From Elusimicrobia bacterium CG1_02_56_21 (GTDB taxonomy: Bacteria > Elusimicrobiota > Elusimicrobia > Elusimicrobiales > UBA9959), in NCBI GenBank assembly GCA_001871115.1, contig MNUR01000129.1, positions 3,869 through 67,868 on the forward strand: a stretch of DNA of 64,000 nucleotides, given 5' to 3'. Position 1 is the first letter of the stretch, and the number at the start of each line of letters is the position of its first letter. This document shows, piece after piece, positions 8,081-17,915 of this stretch. Position numbers and translations under genes: made by a program. Below the pieces are notes generated by a model. The model had not been told where the DNA came from. It was given only the letters and a program-made list of their open reading frames with translations, and did no database searches.

Positions 8081-10209
8081 GCGCCCTCCTTTACCGTCAC
8101 CGCTCCGCCCTCGTCTTTAGCCAGGTTTTTAGGCACGGTAAACAGGAACTTGGCGCCCTGCCCCGGCTCCGATTCGGCCCAGATCTTTCCCAGGTGGGCG
8201 GCGGCGACGAATTTACAGATCGTCAGTCCCAGGCCTGTCCCGCCCGCTTTCTGCCCCTTCACCTGCTCGAATTTCTCAAAGACCTTGCTGAGGTATTCCG
8301 GGGGTATGCCGTCGCCGGTATCGCGAACCCAGGCCGTTACATGATCCCCGTCGTCGGAGATGCCCGTTGTAATAACGCCGTTCTCGGGGGTGAATTTAAT
8401 GGCGTTGCCGATAAGGTTGGTGAACATCCGCTCCATAAGTCCGGTATCGGCGTTTACCAGGGTGCTCTCGGCGCCTTCCACTTCAAAGCGGATATGCTTG
8501 CGCTGGCCGAGGGACTCCATCAGGGAATTGACCCTCAGGGCGACATCCCTCAGGTTCACAGGGGAAAGTCCTATCTCCATCTTCCCCGCCTGCATTTTTG
8601 CGGAGTCCAGGATATTGTTTATCATGCCGAGCAGCCGGAAAGAAGCCCGGTCGATGGAAACCAGCATTTTTTTCTGGGCCTCAGTGATAGGGCCCGGGAT
8701 CTCCTTGAGCATGAATTCCACAAAGCCTTTTATTGCGCCCATCGGGTTGCGCAGGTCGTGGGTTATGGAGTGGAGGAACTCATCCTTAATGCGGGCGAGT
8801 TCCTTGTCGAGAGTAATATCGTAGAAGCCGATAAGCCTGCCCAGGGGCGCGGAATGCCCGGGAGCCACGATCGGCATGGCAAAGCACTTAAAGAAACGGA
8901 CCGACTGGGCCTGGGCTATCTCTATTTCCCTGAAATAATTTTCCTTGCTGCTCCCGAACACGTCCATAACGGGGTCTTTAATGGTTTCAGAGGCGATCTT
9001 GTCCGACAGCGGCTTTCCTTCCAAAGGCTCGGTCTGGCCTATGCCCAGCACGGACCTGGCTTTACGGTTAGCCACCTGGATCTTGCCGTCCATGTCCGTC
9101 ATTATTATTCCGTCCTCGGTGGAGAAAAGGATGGCTTCGGTGTTCTTCTGCTCGCGGATTATGCGGTCCACCTGCATGTCGGAATAAGTCTGAAGCTGGG
9201 AAACCATTGTATTGAAGGTTTCGGCAAGGTCTTTGAGCTCGTCCGAGGCATTCACTTCCGCTTTGCGGGAGAAGTCTCCGGCGGCCACAAATTCCGCGGC
9301 TCGGGTAAGGGCCATTATAGGCTTGGTGAGGCTGCGGCTGAATATCCACCCTGCTGCGATCGCAAGCGCGAGAAAAACGAGAACGGCATAAACCGCCTGC
9401 CTGCGCATGAACATGGCGTAGCGGTAAGCTCCCTCCAAAGGCTGGGTCACCAGCACGGCGCCGCCCAGCTCCAGGACAGGAGAATAGGCCCCGAGCATTT
9501 TCCGGCCTGCCGCGTCGGAAAATTCGGCTGAACCTGAGGAAAGGGATTTTATCGCGTTCTTTGAAATCTCCCAGTCTGCCGCTTCAGCGGCTTCCTCCGC
9601 TGACAGGCCGGCGGGCCAGGCTATCGGGGCCCCGTCCGCGCCGAGGATCAAAGGGAACCCTTCCGAGCCTACGCCTTTTAATTCCAGACCGTCTATAAAA
9701 GAAACCAGGTCCAGCTCGGAGCGCAGCACCATGTCTTTGCCGAAGGGATAATAAAAAACCGCGAGGTGCGATTTATTGTCCACTGAAAGGTAGCGGCTGC
9801 CCGCCTTGGCCGCCTTGAACCCGTCGGTCCCCGGGTACTTCTTCAGCGTCCCGCTGTCGTCCCCGTAGGGAGAGATGATTTTCACTATTTCGGAGCCGTC
9901 CTTGAGAAGCACGGAAATTTGTTTAATTTCCGTGCGGGCCTCCAGCAGGGCGGCTAGCATTATCTGCTTGTTCTCCCAGTCCATCTTCGCCATTGCGTTC
10001 ATAGAGGAACGCAGGCCCGCGTCTGCGCTCTTTACAAAGGAGTTAAGCTCGGAAGCTATCTTATCCGCTTTGTTCAGATTAAGTTCCATGATGGCGGTGC
10101 GTACGCCCAGCTGCCCCAGGCTTATAAGCCTCAGGCCTAGCAGGATCAGCGGCAGCACGGAAACCAGGACCAGGACGGCCACGAATTTATGCAGGAGCCT
10201 TATTTTCAT
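8077..10209 (-). CDS. membrane sensor histidine kinase (HAMP-PAS-HisKA-HATPase); no cognate response regulator adjacent
   Basis: ORF trimmed to MKIRLLHKF (ATG 10209). H-box HSITHDLRNPMGAI, N-box NLIGNAIKFTP, G-boxes DTGDGIP and GGTGLGL. Two TM segments flank a large periplasmic domain. Confidence 0.85.
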   Translation of the reverse strand: MKIRLLHKFVAVLVLVSVLPLILLGLRLISLGQLGVRTAIMELNLNKADKIASELNSFVKSADAGLRSSMNAMAKMDWENKQIMLAALLEARTEIKQISVLLKDGSEIVKIISPYGDDSGTLKKYPGTDGFKAAKAGSRYLSVDNKSHLAVFYYPFGKDMVLRSELDLVSFIDGLELKGVGSEGFPLILGADGAPIAWPAGLSAEEAAEAADWEISKNAIKSLSSGSAEFSDAAGRKMLGAYSPVLELGGAVLVTQPLEGAYRYAMFMRRQAVYAVLVFLALAIAAGWIFSRSLTKPIMALTRAAEFVAAGDFSRKAEVNASDELKDLAETFNTMVSQLQTYSDMQVDRIIREQKNTEAILFSTEDGIIMTDMDGKIQVANRKARSVLGIGQTEPLEGKPLSDKIASETIKDPVMDVFGSSKENYFREIEIAQAQSVRFFKCFAMPIVAPGHSAPLGRLIGFYDITLDKELARIKDEFLHSITHDLRNPMGAIKGFVEFMLKEIPGPITEAQKKMLVSIDRASFRLLGMINNILDSAKMQAGKMEIGLSPVNLRDVALRVNSLMESLGQRKHIRFEVEGAESTLVNADTGLMERMFTNLIGNAIKFTPENGVITTGISDDGDHVTAWVRDTGDGIPPEYLSKVFEKFEQVKGQKAGGTGLGLTICKFVAAAHLGKIWAESEPGQGAKFLFTVPKNLAKDEGGAVTVKEGA

Positions 10210-10219
10210 AGTTGTTCTA

Positions 10220-10230
10220 ATTATATTATA
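10220..10230 (-). promoter_or_regulatory. candidate -10 element (overlapping TATAATATAAT) 10-15 nt upstream of the kinase ATG
   Basis: The minus strand reads gcTATAATATAATtagaacaactATG. No SD-like purine run lies before the ATG. Confidence 0.3.
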
Positions 10231-10273
10231 GCATGCCTGAGCCAAATGACCAGCCCCCCGGCCATGAACCCGT

Positions 10274-10879
10274 TCAGGGGGCGGAGAACAGGCGCATAAG
10301 TTCGGGGAGCAGAGCTTTAAGCGCGGCCGCGCGGTGGCTGACCGAGTTCTTTTCCTCGTCCGTGTACTCGGCCAGCGTTCTCGGTCCGGCGCCTACCTGA
10401 AAAATCGAATCGTAGCCGAAGCCGTTAACTCCGCGCGTGCCGGTTATTATCCTGCCCTCGAGCGACCCTTTCGAAATTTTGATTTCGCCGGACGGGGAAA
10501 CAAGCGCGATCACGGTGACGAAACGCGCAAGCCGCTTTTCGGGCGGCAAGTCTCCGAGTTCGGAAAGCAGCCTGGCGTTGTTCTCTCCAGCCGAGGCTTC
10601 CTTGCCTGCGTAGCGCGCCGAGTTCACCCCCGGCCTTCCGCCCAGGGCGTCAACCTCAAGCCCGGTGTCGTCGGCCAGGGCCCAAAGCCCGGTAAAGCGG
10701 GCGGCGGCGCCCGCCTTTTTAACGGCGTTCTGCTCAAGCGTGGCTCCGTCTTCTTCAGCCGGGCCGGCCCCCGGGAAGCGGGATAAAGGCTTGATCGTGA
10801 ACGGCAGCTGAGGAAGGATAAAGAGTATCTCCCTGATTTTATGCGGATTAAAAGTGGCTGCTACCAGTATGTTTGCCAT
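10274..10879 (-). CDS. rdgB: dITP/XTP pyrophosphatase (Ham1/RdgB family)
   Basis: Motifs ATFNPHKIREI, FGYDSIF, SHRAAALKAL. Confidence 0.85.
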   Translation of the reverse strand: MANILVAATFNPHKIREILFILPQLPFTIKPLSRFPGAGPAEEDGATLEQNAVKKAGAAARFTGLWALADDTGLEVDALGGRPGVNSARYAGKEASAGENNARLLSELGDLPPEKRLARFVTVIALVSPSGEIKISKGSLEGRIITGTRGVNGFGYDSIFQVGAGPRTLAEYTDEEKNSVSHRAAALKALLPELMRLFSAP

Positions 10880-10886
10880 GTAAAAT

Positions 10887-10892
10887 ATAATA
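10887..10892 (-). promoter_or_regulatory. candidate -10 box TATTAT, 7 nt upstream of the rdgB ATG
   Basis: The minus strand reads TATTATattttacATG with no SD. The -35 is poor (TCTGAC region). Confidence 0.3.
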
Positions 10893-10946
10893 GAATATCC
10901 CAGCGGGCGTCAGACAGCCGAAGCCCTTTTAGCCGCCCGCAAAGCA

Positions 10947-13331
10947 ATGACTGAGAACCCGGGAAATATTAACATTTTTGAAGGCGCGACCGGCTCCTTC
11001 CAGGACGCATTGCCGCTTTTTACGGGGGTCTCCGGCACCGTGCTGCCTGTGCGGACCGAAACTTCAGGCCCCGCGCAGCTATGCACCATCACCCAGATTT
11101 CCGAAGCCGGCCGGCCCGCGCTCCCTTCTTTCACTAACGAAGACCTGCTTGATCCGCCCCTTATCCGCAAAACCCTGGCCGAAACGGCATTGCTTTTTTT
11201 CCACGCTCCCTTGCACGAAGTTTTTGTCTTTAATCCGCGCCACCCGAAAGCCCGGCTAAGTGCGGCCCAGCTGAAGGCTTCCAGGCGCGAGATTTCCCTG
11301 CTTGCCGGCTTTCTCAAGTCGGGGGATAAAAAAACACAGCAGGACCCTTCCCGTCTTGCCGCCGGGGAATTTTCGCTCGGGAACCTGCACTCGGCCCACT
11401 ACCTCTACCACATGGCGGCCTTCCGCAACCCAGCCTCCCGGGCCCGGTTCCAGCTGGGCGCCGTACTTATAGAACTGGGCCTTCTCCAGGAGGCTTACGA
11501 CCTGCTCAAGGCAGATACCGATCCCGAAGCTTTGATCTGCCTGGCGGCGATACACCGAAAAACGGGAAATATCGAACTGGCCAGAAAAGCCCTGTCCGAA
11601 CTGGGCCAGGGCAACCAGCTGGAAGAGCGCCGGAATACAGAGTCCGCTTGGCTGGACATCGAGGAAGGGAAAGAGGCAGAAGCGGAAAAGAATTTTCAGC
11701 GCCTCTCTTCTTCGGCCTTTGAAAAAGCCGAGGCCCTGTCCGGGCTCGGAGCGGCGATGGCGAGAGCAGCTTTTAAAACCAAGGATAGAAACCGCCTGGC
11801 GGCAGCGGTGTCCGCCCTCAGGTCGGCGCTGGCTACGCCCTCTTCCGGTTCGGGCAGGATTTTTTTCCAGCTGGGAAATCTTTATTTCCGCTCGGGCGAC
11901 CTCCCGCAGGCTGAAGCGTGCTACAGGCGCTCCGCGGCCCAGGCCCCGGCTGTGCAGGCCCTGGCCAACCTTGCCCTTACCCTTATAAAGACCGGGAAAC
12001 TGGAGGAGGCAGCCGCTATCACCCTGCAGGTAGCCCTTACCGACCTGACTTCCGCAAAACGCCTTACCGCGGAATTTCCGAAAGACAGACTGGCCGCTCT
12101 GTTCCGGGTGCAGGAAGCGGGCCCCGCGCCGCAGCCCTTAGCGGCCGCCAAGCCCGAGCCCGCTCCGGGCCCTGAACGGCAGCCCGCTCCTGAATTTACC
12201 CCGGCGCCGCAGCCCGCCCCTCAAAAAGCTCCGGGCCTGCAGACCGCTGCGGAAGGCTTCCGGTTTATAAATCCCGCGGCGCCGGCGCCTGCCAAGGCAG
12301 CAAAACCCGTGCAGCTTTCCCCGGCGCAGCCTCTCACCCCCGCTATCACCGGCAGGCAGCCGGCAACTGCTCCCGCTGAGCCTGCCCCCGCACCGCAGAT
12401 CGAGATAGAAACATTCCGCGACGTAATGCATTCGTCCTCTCAGCCTACGGAAGAGGAAAGCCGCAAGGATGAGTTCATCTCGCGCGCATTCAAACTGGCG
12501 TCCGAACTTGAGGATGAGCTCGGGCACAAGATCTACTTCAATCTCGACGGTTTAAACGAGGCGGAACGCAGGCTGCGCCTGAAATTTATAAAGAGCGGGG
12601 CCGGCACCGCCGGCAAACTTGACGCGGTAAGGGACAGCGCCGCGTTCTTATGCTATTTCCTTCAGGAGAGACATAAAGGACGCCTGATCAAGCTGGCTGA
12701 TTTCGATCCCTGGGGCTGGCCTATGCTTTTTGATCAGCCCGGGTTGAAATTGGTCACTTACCCGGTACAGCGCGCCTGGAAAATGCTCTGGCAGGAAACA
12801 GTACCTGAACCGGGCTGGCTCACCAAATACACCAACTGGCTGGCGGACAGGCTTAAACAACAGCCCTCCCCGGTCTGCGGGGCCGAAGCGGCCCGGGCTA
12901 AAGTCTGCAGCCACCCGGAAAAAATTGCCGACGCCCAGACCGAACATAAGCGCATGATGGTCCTTATTTCCTCTCTTAACGAAACCTCGGGCATAGAGCT
13001 GGGCCGCTCCGGTCTGTTAAAGATGGAAAACGCAATAAGAATAAATTTCAGGCCGGACATCCCTCCCACAGCGGACGGGTGGAAGCTTCTTCGCTGTTAC
13101 GGCCACCTGCTCGCAGCCATCCTGGCCAAGGACTTCAAAGCGACCTGGTATAACGTCGACGGCGAAGACGGCGGCTGGTCCATGCAGCTGCCCTGGAAAA
13201 CCTTTGTCTTCCCGCTCGGCAAGATTTATAAAACAGCTTCTCTCCGCGACGACTTGAACGCTTACTACGAAGTTCTGCTTGAAGATAAACTCAGGTACCA
13301 AAGCCGGACCCAGGGCTTAATAGGCCCTTAG
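10947..13331 (+). CDS. large TPR protein with Pro/Ala-rich linker and uncharacterised C-terminal domain
   Basis: 794 aa. TPR-like units between aa ~140 and 380, a PAPQP-type low-complexity linker (nt ~12120-12420), then a W-rich C-terminal domain that I cannot assign to any family. Confidence 0.6.
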   Translation: MTENPGNINIFEGATGSFQDALPLFTGVSGTVLPVRTETSGPAQLCTITQISEAGRPALPSFTNEDLLDPPLIRKTLAETALLFFHAPLHEVFVFNPRHPKARLSAAQLKASRREISLLAGFLKSGDKKTQQDPSRLAAGEFSLGNLHSAHYLYHMAAFRNPASRARFQLGAVLIELGLLQEAYDLLKADTDPEALICLAAIHRKTGNIELARKALSELGQGNQLEERRNTESAWLDIEEGKEAEAEKNFQRLSSSAFEKAEALSGLGAAMARAAFKTKDRNRLAAAVSALRSALATPSSGSGRIFFQLGNLYFRSGDLPQAEACYRRSAAQAPAVQALANLALTLIKTGKLEEAAAITLQVALTDLTSAKRLTAEFPKDRLAALFRVQEAGPAPQPLAAAKPEPAPGPERQPAPEFTPAPQPAPQKAPGLQTAAEGFRFINPAAPAPAKAAKPVQLSPAQPLTPAITGRQPATAPAEPAPAPQIEIETFRDVMHSSSQPTEEESRKDEFISRAFKLASELEDELGHKIYFNLDGLNEAERRLRLKFIKSGAGTAGKLDAVRDSAAFLCYFLQERHKGRLIKLADFDPWGWPMLFDQPGLKLVTYPVQRAWKMLWQETVPEPGWLTKYTNWLADRLKQQPSPVCGAEAARAKVCSHPEKIADAQTEHKRMMVLISSLNETSGIELGRSGLLKMENAIRINFRPDIPPTADGWKLLRCYGHLLAAILAKDFKATWYNVDGEDGGWSMQLPWKTFVFPLGKIYKTASLRDDLNAYYEVLLEDKLRYQSRTQGLIGP

Positions 13332-13404
13332 ACCTTGATTAAAAACGCTTATTTCAGCAATAATCATTATAAGCAGTTCTTAAATTCTGATCCAGGAGCC
13401 GACA

Positions 13405-14763
13405 ATGATTCTCTCTTTTCTCTCTTTTCTTCTTCTGACTTCCGCCGGCGCCGCTCCCGCAATAGACTCCCTTTCCTCGCAGGCGGGCTATGCCGCGACA
13501 ACAGCTTCCCCCGAGCCCGCCCGGCCCGCGCTCCGTGAATGGACCGTAATGGTCTACATGAACGGGAAAAGCAATATAGAGCCGTATGCGCTGGAGGACC
13601 TTAACCGTTTTGAAACTGTCGGGTCCAGCGATAAGGTCGCGATAATAGCGGAAATAGGACGCTCGAAAGGCCTGGACAACGACACTGCGGCTGACGGCGA
13701 CTGGGACGGGGTGCGGCGCTACTTCGTCACAAAAGACCAGGACAAGGATCATATAGCTTCCACCCTCATCTCTGACCTGGGCAGCCCGGACATGGGCGAC
13801 TGGAAGCAGGCCGCGTCTTTCTTAAAGTGGGCCAGGTCGGCCTACCCGGCTAAAAAATACCTTTTCGTTATCTGGGATCACGGCTGGGGCTGGATAGATC
13901 CTAAAAAGCCGGGAGAGAAACCCGCAGACGCGGCTAAATCCATCTCCCATGATTTTGTCACCGGCAATTACATCAAAACCACCGAGATGGGTAAAATTTT
14001 CCGGGAAGCCGGCCGCGTGGACATGTACGTCTCAATGGCCTGCTTCATGCAGATGGCGGAAGTCGCCTACGAGCTGAAAGACAGCGCCGAAATAATAGTC
14101 GGTTCGGAAGAAATCATTCAGCTTCCCAGCCTGAACTGGGAAGATTTCCTGTCCCTGCTGACAAAGAACCCGGGCACCAAAGCCGAAGCCGCCGGGATTT
14201 ACATGACGGACACCTTCAGGGAAATGTACGGGCGCCCGGAATATCTGGACATGCTTGAAAAGACCAAGTACGGAGTACAGCTTTCAGCGCTCCGGGCGGC
14301 CAAGCTGCCCCAATTCGCCGGAAAAGCGAAAGCCTGGCATTCCCTTGCGATGGCCGCTGATGACAAAAAAGCGCTCATAAGGGCCAAGGCCGAAGTGCTC
14401 CGTTTCGAAGTCGGGGACGAAACCACGGACCCGGACAAAAGCATCTCTTTCTACGGCGACCTGTACAATTTTACCGAGCTGGCGGGCCGTTACGCGGACC
14501 CGGCCAGACCCGGAGCCGCCGCCGCGGAGGCGGCCGGAAAAGACCTCAGGGATTTCATAACCAAAGAACTGATAGTTAAAAATGTATGGCTGGGCAAAGA
14601 CCGCACGGGCAAAGAATATTCAAGCACGCGCGGCCTTGGCATACAGATCCCCGGAAAACCCGGCAACCTTATAGAATACTACCCCGCCTATTCGGAATTG
14701 GCTTTTGAAAAAGCCACAGGCTGGGATACGTTCGTGAAATATTTAGAAAGCCTGGGAAAGTAA
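13405..14763 (+). CDS. secreted clostripain-like cysteine peptidase (C11 family)
   Basis: Signal peptide, WTVMVYMNG, catalytic-His context FVIWDHGWGW, catalytic-Cys context YVSMACFMQMAEV. Confidence 0.65.
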   Translation: MILSFLSFLLLTSAGAAPAIDSLSSQAGYAATTASPEPARPALREWTVMVYMNGKSNIEPYALEDLNRFETVGSSDKVAIIAEIGRSKGLDNDTAADGDWDGVRRYFVTKDQDKDHIASTLISDLGSPDMGDWKQAASFLKWARSAYPAKKYLFVIWDHGWGWIDPKKPGEKPADAAKSISHDFVTGNYIKTTEMGKIFREAGRVDMYVSMACFMQMAEVAYELKDSAEIIVGSEEIIQLPSLNWEDFLSLLTKNPGTKAEAAGIYMTDTFREMYGRPEYLDMLEKTKYGVQLSALRAAKLPQFAGKAKAWHSLAMAADDKKALIRAKAEVLRFEVGDETTDPDKSISFYGDLYNFTELAGRYADPARPGAAAAEAAGKDLRDFITKELIVKNVWLGKDRTGKEYSSTRGLGIQIPGKPGNLIEYYPAYSELAFEKATGWDTFVKYLESLGK

Positions 14764-14813
14764 GAGCGCCTGAACAAGCGCCGCCCCGAAACCAATAAAG
14801 ATCCGGAGAAAAC

Positions 14814-15386
14814 ATGCTGAAATCAGACGCCTGGATAAGAGAAATGTGCCGCAAAGGTAAGATGATCGTCCCCTTTGTGGAGGGCCTCGTGGCAAAAGGG
14901 AAGGTCTCCTACGGGCTCTCCTCCTACGGCTACGACATCCGCGTAGCGGACGAGTACAAAGTTTTCACCGACGTACACAACTGCGTGGTGGACCCGAAGT
15001 CCTTCAACAACAAGTCCTTCGTGGATATAAAGGCCCCCTACTGCATAGTACCGGCGCATTCGTTCGCGCTGGCCCGTTCGGTTGAATATTTCAAAATACC
15101 CCGCAGCGTGATCGGCCTCTGCATCGGCAAAAGCACCTACGCCCGCTGCGGCATCGTCGTAAACATCACCCCCCTGGAGCCGGAGTGGGAAGGCCACCTC
15201 ACCCTTGAGATCTCCAATACCACGCCCCTGCCGGCCAAGATTTATTCCAACGAAGGGATAGCCCAGCTGGTTTTCCTGGAATCCGACCGAGAATGCGAGA
15301 CTTCCTACAAGGACAGGAAGGGCAAATACCAGGCGCAGCGGGGAGTCACCCTGCCGCGGATACTAAAGCCCAGACAGAACGGATGA
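14814..15386 (+). CDS. dcd: dCTP deaminase
   Basis: 190 aa with [33 protein letters not shown]. Confidence 0.9.
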   Translation: MLKSDAWIREMCRKGKMIVPFVEGLVAKGKVSYGLSSYGYDIRVADEYKVFTDVHNCVVDPKSFNNKSFVDIKAPYCIVPAHSFALARSVEYFKIPRSVIGLCIGKSTYARCGIVVNITPLEPEWEGHLTLEISNTTPLPAKIYSNEGIAQLVFLESDRECETSYKDRKGKYQAQRGVTLPRILKPRQNG

Positions 15387-17374
15387 AAAAATACCGCTGC
15401 TTAAAAAACCTGCCGCTGGCGGCCGGCTTGCTGGCCGCCTCGTTTTTTTGCGGCGTTCCGGCGCGGGCCGGGCAGGAGCTCGAGCGCGCCCACGAAGCGG
15501 CGGCCCGGGGCTCCGAGAGCAGGGCTTTCGACATAGCTATGGAAGGCCTTAAGACGGCCCCGGACGACAGAGAGCTTTTCCTGTATGCCGTGGAACTGCT
15601 GCCGGACAGATCCCCGGGCCGGGCGGGAGCGCTGGCCTCAGCGGCGGCTGCCAGGCTGGCCGGGAAACCAGAAGATTACGCCGGGTACCTGGGCCTCTGC
15701 AAAGCCATGCGGATTTCAGGCAAGGCCGCCGAAGCCGTTGCGAACTGCAGAAAAGCGCTGGAGACAGACCCCACCGCCTACCCTGTTTACCGCGAGCTCG
15801 GCCTGACTTACGCGGCAGCGGGAAATCCCCGCAAGGCGGCCGAAACCCTGGCCCAGGGAGTTGAGATATCCTCCTCAAGCTATCAGGCGCACTACCACCT
15901 TGCCAAAGTGCTGGAGAAGCGCGGAGACTCCACCCGGGCGGCGGCCTCCTACTCCAGCGGGCTGGCCCTCCTGAAAAACAAAACAAGCCTGGACGCCGGC
16001 TACTACCGCGCAATGATGAAAGCAGGCCTGAAGCGGACCTCGGTCAAAAAAAGAACTGCGCGCGCCAGGATCCCGAAGCCGGCCCCCCACCGAGAGAACA
16101 AAGAACTTGCGGCCGCCTGCATGATCAAATTCCGCGGCGAGTTCCTTAACGACAACCTTGGGACCGCCCTCGCCGCAAGCGATACCTGCCTCGATTACGC
16201 CCCCTCGGACCCCGACCTGGCGGCAGAACGCGCCCCGCTTATGGTGCGCCTGGGCAAATATGAGGAAGGGGTAGCGGAGTACGAGCGGGCCGCTTCTCTT
16301 TACTCGGGAAACAGGCCTGCTTCCGCTTTTTGCAGGATTAAAGCCGCCGAAACCTGGATAAAACTGGGCAAGCAGGACAATGCGCTGGCCCAGTACAGAC
16401 TGGCCCTCAAGGCCGCCCCGCAGGACATGAACGCCCTGGAGGGACTGGCCGCGGCCCTGGAAGCCCGCTCGGATCCCGCCGGCTCGCTCGAAATTTACGA
16501 GGAAATACTCAGGCTTGAGCCCGGGAATAAAAGAGCCCGCACAAGGAAAGAAGAAATAAAAGTAGCAACCCTGACCAGCGAGCAGATCCTCTCGGAGCTG
16601 AAATTACGCAATGCCCTGGAAGGAAAAAGGACAGGCCTGCTGCCGGAAGACAGGAAGCTTTACAAAGCCATAAAAGCGGCGGAAATAAGCGGGGCAGTGG
16701 ATTATTTAAAGAAGAAGGTCCGCTACTCAAGGGGGCTGATAATAGCTCATAAGACCGACGACGGAACCAGGCTGCTCCTGAGCGGGGCCGGCTACAGGGC
16801 CTACGTTTCACGCGTCTCCCGGGAGGCGGTGAAGTTTTTTGAGACAGAGGGCATCGGCCTGAGAGAGATCTTCAAGCTCCGCACTCCGGCCGGAGAACAG
16901 ATCTTCGACAAAGCGGGAAAGCTTACAGCCGAAGGAGAAGAGCTGTGGCGGAAATCAGTTCCCGGCACAAAAAACTGGCTGCTCCCGTACGAACCCGTAC
17001 CGGCCAGCCCTCTGGCCATACAGGCGGACAAGGACATTTCTGAAGCGGAAAAGATGGGGTACAAGGAAATTTCCGAGCCGGAATACCTGTGGCTGCTCCG
17101 CTACACCGACTGCCCCGAAGACTTGATGCGGACCTCTCCCCTGAATATGAAAACGGCAAACGACGGAATACGCCTTCGCTACCTGCTCTGCTCGGTCATG
17201 AACGCGCCGTGCATGAACCAGATAAATATGAGCATGCCGCTCGCTATAGATGATTACAGGAACAACAAAACCGACATCCCCGACACAAAAACCTCAACTT
17301 CCTTTTTCGGCACCGGCGGGATAAAGAAGCACAGGCTCTGCGAGGACGGCAAAGTCTGGGGCTATGAGAAATGA
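15383..17374 (+). CDS. secreted TPR protein with uncharacterised C-terminal domain
   Basis: ORF 15293..17374 trimmed to [10 protein letters not shown] (ATG 15383, ATGA overlap with the dcd stop). Signal peptide, TPR units, and a Cys-containing C-terminal ~270 aa of unknown family. Confidence 0.6.
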   Translation: MKKYRCLKNLPLAAGLLAASFFCGVPARAGQELERAHEAAARGSESRAFDIAMEGLKTAPDDRELFLYAVELLPDRSPGRAGALASAAAARLAGKPEDYAGYLGLCKAMRISGKAAEAVANCRKALETDPTAYPVYRELGLTYAAAGNPRKAAETLAQGVEISSSSYQAHYHLAKVLEKRGDSTRAAASYSSGLALLKNKTSLDAGYYRAMMKAGLKRTSVKKRTARARIPKPAPHRENKELAAACMIKFRGEFLNDNLGTALAASDTCLDYAPSDPDLAAERAPLMVRLGKYEEGVAEYERAASLYSGNRPASAFCRIKAAETWIKLGKQDNALAQYRLALKAAPQDMNALEGLAAALEARSDPAGSLEIYEEILRLEPGNKRARTRKEEIKVATLTSEQILSELKLRNALEGKRTGLLPEDRKLYKAIKAAEISGAVDYLKKKVRYSRGLIIAHKTDDGTRLLLSGAGYRAYVSRVSREAVKFFETEGIGLREIFKLRTPAGEQIFDKAGKLTAEGEELWRKSVPGTKNWLLPYEPVPASPLAIQADKDISEAEKMGYKEISEPEYLWLLRYTDCPEDLMRTSPLNMKTANDGIRLRYLLCSVMNAPCMNQINMSMPLAIDDYRNNKTDIPDTKTSTSFFGTGGIKKHRLCEDGKVWGYEK

Positions 17375-17826
17375 CAGTAAGCGGCCAGACTAAAAATATT
17401 TTTTACCTGCTCTGTGCTGCCGTGGCGGCGGCAATGCTGCTGGCCCTGTTCGCCGGCCTTGCCAGGAACCTGACCCCGGCTTTCAGGGCACGCCTGCAAA
17501 AGAAAGCCGCAAGCGCCCCGGTCTTTAAAAAGGCCAGGGAACTGGGACTCACTTATGAGGCCGCACTCAGCTCCCCGGTAAACGCGATCAACAAGCCGGT
17601 TCTCTGGTGCGTGCATCTATCCTCCGCCCAGGCTTACCACGGGCAGGGCACAGAGAACCCGCTGGATATATCCAATAAGGAAGAGATGCCCTGGCAGCTG
17701 TATCCCAACCGCAGAGGCCACCTCTATTGCAGGAACGCCCTAATGGAGATTACGGGGGTAAAAACATATGACTTCGCAGGAGTCAGGGTGCTGCGGCTGC
17801 AGACCCGTTTTATTGACTACCGGTAG
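17371..17826 (+). CDS. hypothetical membrane-anchored protein
   Basis: ATGA overlap with the upstream gene. One N-terminal TM helix (FYLLCAAVAAAMLLALFAGL). No recognisable motif. Confidence 0.45.
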   Translation: MTVSGQTKNIFYLLCAAVAAAMLLALFAGLARNLTPAFRARLQKKAASAPVFKKARELGLTYEAALSSPVNAINKPVLWCVHLSSAQAYHGQGTENPLDISNKEEMPWQLYPNRRGHLYCRNALMEITGVKTYDFAGVRVLRLQTRFIDYR

Positions 17827-17877
17827 CCTTTTTCCGGCAGCCCCAGACCGTAATTCAGCCGCGGCCCAGAACCTGTT

Positions 17878-17906
17878 TTGCACAAGCCCCGGAAATTTGG
17901 TATTAT
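17878..17906 (+). promoter_or_regulatory. sigma70-type promoter of rplM-rpsI: TTGCAC-N17-(TGg)TATTAT, with ATG 9 nt after the -10
   Basis: -35 at 17878..17883, -10 at 17901..17906 preceded by TGG. The ATG at 17916 has no SD in aatcgtact. Confidence 0.6.
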
Positions 17907-17915
17907 AATCGTACT

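Noticed and set aside
8194-9531. Long antisense ORFs opposite confirmed genes. Examples: 1004..1903, 8194..9531, 17979..18692, 19946..20680, 26962..27651, 36293..37450, 40640..41215, 55664..56416.
   Set aside because: Each lies entirely within a well-supported gene on the other strand (kinase, rplM/rpsI, 5'-nucleotidase, dnaG, anmK, argF, ABC ATPase). Their translations are Arg/Gly/Pro/Ala-rich with no motifs, which is typical of shadow ORFs in high-GC DNA.
12120-12420. Apparent repeat region rich in CCGGC/GCCCC inside the 794-aa TPR gene.
   Set aside because: It encodes a Pro/Ala/Gln-rich low-complexity linker (PAPQP-like). I could not find a fixed-period DNA tandem repeat, so I treat it as coding low complexity.
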